A DNA stretch of 64,000 bases from Chrysomallon squamiferum (Eukaryota; Animalia; Mollusca): contig CM022671.1 in assembly GCA_012295275.1 (NCBI GenBank), forward strand, positions 18,414,001 through 18,478,000, read 5' to 3'. Shown here in pieces: positions 53,801 through 64,000 of the stretch. The notes below the pieces were generated by a model. The model saw only the letters and a program-made list of their open reading frames with translations, did no database searches and was not told where the DNA came from. Each line of letters starts with the position of its first letter. Position 1 is the first letter of the stretch. Made by a program: the position numbers and the translations under genes.

Positions 53801-55223
53801 ACATAAAAACATGCATATACCACAACATAGCATAGCATTCACAACATATATATTTTGTATGATAAAATAACTTCACAGTATGACTGTACCATAACACAAT
53901 ACCATACAGTAATATAGCATAACATTATTTACATAATAATACAATTCACAGAATACTGTGTATACAATATTGTATTGATATTCTTAATGATAAAATTAAC
54001 TTCACAGTATGAACATAGACAACAAGGAAATAAGATTTTTTAATTTTTTAATTTTTTTATAGTTTTTAATTTTTGTTTTTTTAAATTTACTTCAGTCTAA
54101 TTGCTGTGTTTGTGCAATCGTATTGCCATTTGCACCACCCCCATTTCCTGCCTGCATGCAGACTCAAGGGATGTGGTGATAGTAAAAATAGCACATCCTC
54201 TCCTCTGGGTAATGTGATAATAAGAATATCTGACAGCCTGCTATTAATATATATGTAAATCAGTTTAAGCAAACCACAATTAATAAAAATTTAATATATT
54301 TCTGGTTATGATATTACTAATCAAAGCATGGCTGAAATTCTCTGCTCTTTATATGAACTTATTGTCTGTTGTGCAGTATAGTCTAGTGGTTAGAGCAATG
54401 GTGTGAGGCATACTTTAAAACACTTTACTTTTTTACAAAAAACACTGTACTTATTTTTTTGAAAACACTATACTTATTTTTTATATTTTTATTTTTTTTG
54501 AAAACTCTATTTATTTTTAAAACACTATACTATTTTTGTAAAACACAATACTCATAATTTAAAACATTATACTCATGTTTGTAAAAACAACACCAAAAAA
54601 ACCAGCAGACAATTTTGTCTCATTGTGGCAGTTGTGGAATCCTGCTCCACTTTGTTAACCATCACTTGATACACCCCATTACAGATACCTTCTATTTATG
54701 AAACAAAACAAAACAAAACAAAAAGGAAAAAAAAAAAAGTGTTCTATTTATTTTACACCACAAAACTTTTCTTTGTAGCAAAACTTGCCAATTTGTTCCT
54801 CTGTCCACGCCAGTATCGCTTTCACCTCTTTTTGCACCAGTTGCCTTTTTCAGAGGATTCCAGAAATATGATAAAACCGGGAGTCAGAGAAAGGAAACAC
54901 TCTTCACTGTTTTTCTTGCACCATCTGTAACCTCCCCTCCCTCCTCCGCCCAGGCTGCCTGTCAGTGGAAGAAACTGGTGGGAAACCTCTGACATTTCCT
55001 TTATGAAAAGTGAAACCCCAGTCTTTGACTTTTTAGAAAGGTATCTGTGCCAAGGGATGAGTTATGAACAAAGAAAATCAGAAACAGAAATATCTGGTGG
55101 CTTTTTAAATAGTGAAAGAATATGTGCTATGGTTAAAAAAAACAGGCAGTCATTTTTTTTTTTAGATAATATATGGGCATGTATGTGCAATACATGCATC
55201 CATAGATGTGTGTGTGTTTGTGC

Positions 55224-55261
<38 letters not shown>

Positions 55262-58200
55262 ATTACATAGGGGATACATACAATTATAACTAATACATTA
55301 TAATACTCCTATGTATTATTATTATTATTATTATAAGCATGCCAACAGATGTTAACCAGTGAAAGCCAAACTTTAAATTAATGATTAAATTATTTATACA
55401 CTGGTAGTTTGGCAATACACAAATTAGTGATTGATGTAATCGTATACAAATTATTTTTCAACATCTGCTTTATGTTCTGCTGGGAACAGCAAAAGTAAAG
55501 TGTCTTTATGGAAAGATAAAATCAGTGTACATATATCAAATATACAATCCATGTTTAAATTATTTTTTAAAAATTGGTAATATGTGTTTTCAATGTTTAT
55601 AGTGACTTGATGTTCATATCTTGGTTTGCAAGAAAGCTTTTTGAGAGTATATGTATGTGTAAGTGTTTATGCAGTGTACATGTTTTATGCATATACATAA
55701 ATATTATTTCCACATGTTTGTGAATTAGTGCATGCATTTATGCAGCTGTATAATACATCATTGTATGAATACATTTGTATGTTCCTATATATATGTGTGT
55801 CAGTGTATGTTTATATGTATATATGTATATATGCATGTTTGGATGATAGTATAATTATTTGCCTATACATATGTTTTCATGCATGTATGTATGGATGGGT
55901 GTCAGTAGGGGGTATGCACATATGTTTAATTCTATATTTGTATGTGTGTATTCATGCAAGTATGTTTCAGTCGGTGTCAGTTTGTATGTATGTATGCACG
56001 TATGTACGTATGCCATTTTATACAAGCCTGTTAAATGCCTTGTTTAATGTTGTAAATGGAAGAGTTGATTTTCTTTCACTGATAACACACACTAGCAGCT
56101 GTCTGCAGCTAACAGATGGCTGTGTAATAACAGTAAATAATAAACAGTGATCAGAGGAATATACTGTTTTCCCAACACCAGAAATAATACAAATCATTAT
56201 ATTAAAAACCAAGGAATGTTTTGCTTCTGCAGCATTTCTGAAATAGACCCAAGTGCATACTCACTCTCAAAACATCCTTTAATCAAATTATATTTTCAGA
56301 TGTTGTTTGTTTGCTTGGAAATTACAAAAATATTATGCTGTTTTCCATGGGACCAATTTTGGCATGATGTTATATGAAAAATGTAAAAGCCCCATGAAGT
56401 GGAATATAGTGTATTAAAATAAACAGCAGTGTATAAAGCATGTCTATCTTAGATAACTTTTTTTTTTAAAATGTTAAATGCAGCTTGATAGTTCAATGCT
56501 GGAGCTGTTTGCCTATGGATTTATACATAGCTTCATTTTTCATGTTTGTATTATTATTTTTTTTTTTTTTTGTACTGGTAGACCCCGACAGTTGATAGCC
56601 TTCCTGCAAAATAACAACAACAAAACCAAAATAATAATAATAATAATAAACAAAAAATGTATAAATTGCAGGATTTCCCAGACACAAACTAATGACAGCA
56701 TTCTAATGGTATATTTAAACAAAACACACTTTATTTATTACTGAATGGTGAGTGGGATTCTAGCTCTGAAGTAAAGAAACAAAGTGAATTTATTCCAGTG
56801 GTGTATTTAAACAAAACATACTTCATATATTGCTGAATGCCAAGTACCAAGATAACATCCTTGCACTGACTATTTCCCTGACATAATTAAGATGATGTAA
56901 GGTCATTACAATATTTCTTCATTAACACATTCCTACCTGCAGGCTTGTTGAAGTGTGAAATGTCTGCAAGAATGCAAAATGAAGATTTATTATCAGTTGG
57001 ACTCAAAAATTTCTTTTATGTTAAAAACAAAATTATATATATTCTGTTCAGCAGCAGCCATAACAGAGAAATGAACTTAAAACTAAATCAAATGTTAACA
57101 TTAGGTGATGCATTCCTTGGTAAATAACTGAACTTCAAACTATGTTAATGATAAAATGATGTACTTCCAGTAACAACAGTTATGATAAATAATTAAACTT
57201 TAATGTTGAAAGAAGATATTTTATTTCTTATATATTTCAGTGCTTTTAAGTAAGTGAACTTTGAATTTCCTTAATGATAAAAAGAAGTGATTTGTTCTCT
57301 ATGCTACTTCAAGTAAACAACTGAACATAAGCTTTTGTTCATACTAAAACAAAGTGATGTATTCCGTATAACAACTACTACAGACAAACGTAATAAAAAC
57401 TGATTAATTGTATTCCTCTTCCTGCATTCCTCAACACTTCCTGAACTTATCCTCCCTACCAGAGGAGGCTGGTGCAGTCATTAACCCTTTGTCTGCTAAT
57501 AACAATTAGTGGGGGAAAAAAATACATTCTCTTGTCATACTATTATCACTCCAGTAGTCTCTCGGTTCTATTATTCATCGGGACATTTTTGTCAGCAGGA
57601 CTATTTGCAAAGAATCCATTGTCGAGTCTGGAATGCTGCATGCTGGGAAGGAGGTGTGCAGACAATGTAGAAATATGCAATGGATGTAAGAATGCAGGTA
57701 ATATATATATATAAAAAGATGCAGTGGATGTAAGAATACACAGTTATACACACATGAGTATGGTAGAAATTTTATATATGTGTAATTAAACAAACAAATA
57801 AATCTATTTCTATGGCTATATCTATTTTTAAGTTATTAGTCATTTTAGTTTGTTATCCTGTTAGATTTTTTTCATTATTTTTAATTTTTAGTGGATTTTG
57901 TTTTTTTTTTTCTTATTTTTAATTTAAAACTGAGTGGTTTTTTTTCACTTGTCAGTTGTTGTTAATATTATGTTTCATATTTTTTCTTATTTTAAAATTT
58001 TTACAATTTTTATGTTTATGGGCTGACAGTTTCTGTAAATATTAGATGTCATCCATTTTTTTTCTTCTTCTTTTTTTCTTAAAACCATAAAAATTTTAAT
58101 TTTTTTTTTTTTTTTTTTTGATTTTGTGTCAAAGTATTCATGAATTGATAGAGCTGCTGCTAATATTACCTGCCATGTTTTTTATTTTTAAATTTTATTT

Positions 58201-58719
58201 TTATTTTTTATGGTTTCAAAATGAGGGAACAATAATTAAGACTGATTAAAAATTTGGTTGAGAAAATTAACTGACTAATAAGCATGTATCAGATATTCAT
58301 GCATTTTTTCTTTATTTTATCACACATACACACACACACACATCCATTTTCAATTGTTCATTCTTTTTCCTTCCTTCATTCCTTTATTCTCATTTTCTTT
58401 CTTTTATTCCTTTTCTCTTTTTCTCTCATTCATTTCTTAAACCCTTCCTTCATTCTTGCTTTCCTTTCTCTTTCCTTCTTTGCAAAGAACTAGCCTGTGT
58501 TAATGCTCTGTTTGATCAAAGCTTACATTTGCAGCTTTGACCTTTCTGCAGGGCATTCTTGGCACCATTGGTGTTTATATCAAACCTGTGGGCTACGTAC
58601 ATCCCCAGCCTGCTTGCAGGCCGTACATTTCAGCAGCATGTGTGAACCTTCGTGTCTGCATCAAATGTGTTTCACCTTAAGATGGTAACAGAGATTACAG
58701 CAATCATGTCTTTCAGTAT

Positions 58720-59115
58720 TTGCCAACTGCCTTTGGTATTCTTGGTCTTACCTGTGGCATTTATGGGACTTACCTATGTATTCTTTATCATACCTGTCTT
58801 ACCAATTATATCATCTTACCAAGGATATTTACCTTTGGTATGACCTATCTTACCTGTGTATTGTTTATCTATACCTATAGTATTATCTATCTTAGCTATA
58901 ATATTAAGTCTCTCAGTTAAGTCTTATGAGATATATTCAAGCTTACCTGTATATTGTTTGTCTTAACTATGGTATTTCCAGACTTACCTAAAAATAAAGT
59001 GTCTTACCGATGGTATTAAATGACATACTTGTGGTATTTTCTGATTTACCTGTGGTATTAAATGACTTATTTTGGTATTCTATGACATATTGTGGTATTT
59101 TCTGTTTTTACCTGT
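58720..59115. repeat. Decayed array of about 21 bp (ttacctgtggtatt)
   Basis: More than 10 ttacct(g/a)t and tggtatt occurrences. Confidence 0.8.
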
Positions 59116-61578
59116 TTGTTTTTGTTTTTTAATATCTTGGTATATAAACAGCTACATATACAGAAATAAACACAGAACAAGAAAGAGGTACATTAAAGAA
59201 AAAACAAATAAGAATCAGAGAGAGAGATTCCTAAATCCTTCAATATGATCAGTTTCGTCAGACAAAAATATAGCTCATAAATTGTTTCCAAGGGAAATAA
59301 CAACATAACATTTGCATCTGATCTGACAGCAGATGCAGTGAAATATTCTTGGCCTTATCCAGAAGCTTCAGCTTTCCATCAGTGTGCATTCAGCAGTTGG
59401 TGAAAAGGTTATACATATCTTCAATATCTTCAGTGGCATTTATCTTTTTTTGTTATTTTTTATTTTTTAAATTTCTAAAAAAAAAAAAAAAAGGAATGAA
59501 AAAGAAAGCTACTGATAACTTGCAAGTGTATTGATAAATCCTGTTCTGTCTCTATGGATTTTATGATGAAATTTGGACAGAAAATCTGTACGTGCTGTTG
59601 ATAACTTCAGTTTCAAGTTATTGCTTCTCAAATGAAATGAAGCAAGCTGCCCGAAAGTCAAAGCTCGTGTGTATTGCTGGATCAGATTTATGGCAGTTTA
59701 TTATTCCTGGTTGTTTTGGAAACTGATTTGTTACTTGTAAAAATGTATTAATTTAATTGGTTCTGTTTGAATGTCAGACTGAGGATTTTTTGTTTGAAAC
59801 ATCTTAGAGGAGTGTTGCGTTATGATGTTTGTGTTGTGATTCTATCAGAACAACACCAACAACAATAATAAATTAATAATGATGGTAATAATAATAACAA
59901 CAACAACAATAATAATTAACAACACTGAGAAAAATCATGATATCAGAATATTTTAAAATTTATTTAAACAAACATTTTGAAATGATGAAAACAGAATTAG
60001 TAATTATCCTATTAAAAAGTATTATTTTATGATGATGTGTGTTAAAAAAAACATTCTTTCCTTAAATAATTTAATTTTGTTTTTTTTACAATTTCTCCAT
60101 GGTTGTTGAAAACTGAAACAGTTTCTTATCCATCCATTACTGCATTAACAAATTATGTACTTAATCACATTATACCATTTTTAACCTTTTTAATTTCATT
60201 AAACAACAAAATTATTCATAATTTCATTAAAAAAAAAAAAAAAAATGTTCTATCTCTTATTCTCCTTTATTCTGCTTTGTTAATAAATTTTGTTTGTTAT
60301 TTAATTATATTTTTTCTTTTGGTTCATTTTTACTGATGAACTTGTATATAATTGGATTATTATTACTTTTTTTATTTTTCTGTTTTATTTTGTTCATTTA
60401 TTTTTTCTCTGTATTGACAAATTAAATTAAGACAAATATATGACATTATGATAAATTATTGGAAAATGTTTACAAATCTAAAATCGTTGATTTCATGGTC
60501 TCTGGCTTTTTGATGAGGTAAATGTCCTTATTATGTCATTTGGTACAACACTGGACTATAATACTAAGGAATGTGGTTCAAATGTTGTTGGCAGAATTCA
60601 AGTAAATAAGTTAATAAATAGTTTTTTTTTTTTGAGCTGTGCATTTTTGTAGATTATATTTTCACAGTAAGGTTAGTTTAGTGCAGAAGTGTATTCTGAA
60701 ATAGAGGATCCTGGTTTAAAACTCTGTGGATGTTAGGTAAACATTAAAAATTCATTAATTTTATTGGATTCTATACATTTTTAGATGGCATTTACTAAAA
60801 AAAGCTTAGTTTGATTCTGAAATTAGGGATCATATTTCATATCTTCTTATTGGAATTTAAGCCAAAATTTAAAGGTTCACTTTCTAGCAATAGATCTGGT
60901 TTTTAAATGGTATGATATTTATTTTTCTGTCTTTGGGAAGGTTATATTAAAAGTTTCCTTGCTGCTAAATAAAAATACTGCATAATTCCCTCAGAAGATT
61001 TTATTTATGTCTGACTTGTTGTTAAACACTAAAATTATTAAACAGACTTTAAAGTTTAATTTAAACATCTGATGGTGATGTGACTTCAACAGAAACTTTT
61101 GGACTGAAGAAAAGCACTGGGCAAGGTTACAGGAAGTGGTTTATTGTTTACATAAAGAATTATATCTGCCTACTTTACCTTTTTTGTTTTTGAGAAATGT
61201 GAAAACATTGCCAGATTTTGAAGAAAACAGATTGGAAAAACAATCTGCAGATAATAATTAGTTAAAGAAAGCAGCTGTCTGTGGGAAAGGCTGTGGCAGT
61301 TACTGTAGGAAAGAGAAATATTGATGGCCATTTTGTTTTTGTCTGTCACGGCAGAAAGAAAACTAATCAAACAGATTTGGTTCTGTTCTAAAATTGGTCA
61401 GTCTGTCCATCAATCTTTCTGTCACTTTGTCTTTGACTTTACTTTAATTTTTCTCCCTATCTCTCGTTTCTTTCTCTCTCCATTTTCTGACCTGTCCCAT
61501 GAGTAGCTTTATCTATCTCTGTATCATTGACGTATTTTTCTCTCTTACATTTTATTTTTCTTTCTTTCTCTCTTAATT

Positions 61579-61581
<3 letters not shown>

Positions 61582-61658
<77 letters not shown>
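61582..61658. repeat. (TC)n microsatellite
   Basis: Perfect run. Confidence 0.97.
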
Positions 61659-61660
<2 letters not shown>

Positions 61661-63891
61661 ATCCATATATCTGACTAACTCTGGTTTTTCTTTCACTGTT
61701 AAAAAACAAACAAATTAATTAAATTTATTTTCTATAAATCAAAGTTAACAGAAAAGTGACCTATTCAGAAACTAAAATTGATTTATTTGTCAGTCAAGAA
61801 TTAGAAAAAAAGAAGAAATGACATTTGGTTTTGTTAGAGTCACTTACAGTGTTTTTTTAACACAGATTTCTCATAAAATAGTTTAATTTTCACAGAGAAG
61901 TAAACATTTTTTTTTTAACAATAAAATAATTTACTGTTATATATGAGCCACTAATTAACAGTTTTAATGGACCACAGTTATTCTGCAGCAGTTTCAAAAA
62001 TGTTTTTTTTTATTAAAATGCCAAAAATTAAAAGAGATCTTTCTTTTATATGCTCCAGAATTTAAGGGAATAGATGAGATAATATGATTGAATTTTTTTG
62101 TGTAAATATGTTGATAATTATATTTGTATGCATATATGGAAGTTTCTACATTGTTAGGTTCTTGGCATTTCTATATGTGTATGTGTGTGTGTGTACATTT
62201 GTGTGTATGTTTTATTAGGTAGGTAGAACTGTCTGTGTGTGTGTGTGTGTGTGTTTGTGTGTAAAACAATCTTTTACAAAACATAATAAATCTTCAGCTT
62301 TTTATCCTGTATTATCCAACATTAGTTAAAGTTTGTCACTGTTAAATTAAATATAACAATTTACTATCTGTGGAATATTTATTTGAAACAGAATACTTTT
62401 TTTTTTTTTTTTTTTTTTTAATCTTATCAAAGAAAAACTAACATGCCTGCCTCGACAACTTACTGATTTCAAACATTTCTTGTCAAGAGGTGTTTGAAAA
62501 ATGTTGCAAGTCTTCAGAAAAAAAATGTCTTATCTTTCTCTCAGAATGTCTAGAAAATCTCTCGCACTTTATGCATCACTGGTAATGTGAATTTGCAAAG
62601 ATTAAATTTCACTGGTGTTTTTCTGAATACATCTGAATTTTTTTTTTTTTTTTTTTTTTTTGTTAAATAGGTCACTATGACTCTCATCAGAATTTTGAAA
62701 AATTAAATTTTGATTTGTATTTTTGAGGATTATATTTTCAAATTTAGGTCACACTGCCCGACTTAAAAGTTTCCAAATAAATTAAATTTTTGCTGTTGTT
62801 TTTCTGAATACATTTGCAAAAATAGGACCTTGTGCTTCTGACCTGAATTTGCACAAATGGATCAAGATGCCAGCCTTTTTTTTTTCTGTTTAGAATATTT
62901 TTTTAAAAAGTATGGGTTATTATCTTCCTGGAAAATGTGTAAAGATTAGATTTTTCCTGATATTTTTCCAGCATAGTTGGGTCACCATGATGAATTTGCA
63001 AAGATTACATTTTGCAGATGTTTATCATTATTCGTAATATGTTTTAAAAATCTGTTTAGATATAGTGTGAAGCACCTCCCACCACAAACATCAAGTTTTA
63101 TCCTTTACTTTAACTGCTTAGAGTCATTTCATGCAAAGTTTATTTACTTTTCTTTTTTTCTTTTTCTTTTTTTATGTTTTGATATGAACATATCAAATGT
63201 GTGAGGGTTTTTGTGGGTTAATACAAAAAAAAAATTATTTATTCTTTATTTTTTTTTCATGGGAAATTCAAAAGAGATGTTTTATCATTTGTGTTTTTTG
63301 TTTGTTTTTTTGAAACCTTTCTGAAAAGATTAAAAGTATATGCACAAACTACTGTATAAAAATAAATGTACATACATACGTACATAAATATTTTATTTAT
63401 TTAAACCAAATTTTATTTCCATGATTGAAGTTTTTTTTAATGTTTTTGTTTGTACAGTGCAGTAGTTTCACAGATACAGATATAAGGAAAAGTTTAATAC
63501 ACCCACATAATATTATTTGTCACTGCCTAATGTGTTACTGTGAAGTGCATGAATATTTTTTTTTTTAAATTTAATTTTGAGATTGAAGTGTTTTCTTGTC
63601 AGACTACTTTCATTGTAAAAATCATTGATAGTAAATGAAATGCTTTGTTACTTGTTCACATTAAATTCTATTGTTATTTTGATACTGACTGTAATCATTT
63701 GATATTGTATACATTTTAATTTTTTTAAATTGTTAATTTAACAATAATAATAAATAAAATAAATTATAATGTTAAGTATAAGGAAATGGTTGACAAAATA
63801 CACATTCAAAATATTTTATTATTTATTTTTGCTAAACATAACTGTCTGTAAATTATTGAACATTTTACCTTTCTTTTTAAATTTGAGTGAA

Positions 63892-63925
<34 letters not shown>

Positions 63926-64000
63926 AACAAAATAAACAAAATAAAATAAAATAAAATAAAATTTATTATAGGGGAGGTGCTTCTGCAGACAGAACATCAT

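Larger units (their letters stand above)
30937..64000 (+). other. MSI: Musashi intron, more than 33 kb, phase 1, continues beyond the window
   Basis: Starts gtaaga. The expected next exon (G-FGFVTFE...CEIHFHEINNK) was not found by eye in the rest of the window. Confidence 0.75.

Noticed and set aside
54373-54410. tRNA A-box-like TAGTCTAGTGGTTAGAGC
   Set aside because: No B-box or cloverleaf follows. At most it is a SINE head fragment.
60665-60730. Possible decayed tRNA-derived SINE head
   Set aside because: The A and B boxes are too degenerate to support a call.
172-64000. All ORFs in the supplied six-frame track
   Set aside because: They are short and mostly low-complexity translations of microsatellites, poly-T/A runs or minisatellites, and none resembles a protein family I recognise. 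The real exons are not in the track.

Overview
AT-rich, microsatellite-rich animal genomic DNA, probably an invertebrate with CpG-depleted gene-body DNA. The species cannot be assigned from the sequence. The whole window appears to lie inside one + strand Musashi-family (MSI1/2, Drosophila Rbp6-like) RNA-binding protein gene. Only two short coding exons are visible, both missed by the ORF track: 11557-11649 ([31 protein letters not shown]) and 30888-30936 (IEDGMLMFDKTTNRHR-G). Together they encode the first half of RRM2. The rest is intron: about 11.6 kb, 19.2 kb and more than 33 kb. No transposon coding remnant was recognised. The introns hold microsatellites, more than a dozen unrelated decayed tandem arrays, one tiny TTAA-flanked piggyBac-like element and several CpG-retaining, high-complexity islands that look regulatory. 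The best leads are a consensus recursive-splice (ratchet) site near the middle of the 19-kb intron, a candidate 13-nt poison microexon, and a sense-strand UAG-rich array that could bind Musashi itself. All three are hypotheses that need RNA data.
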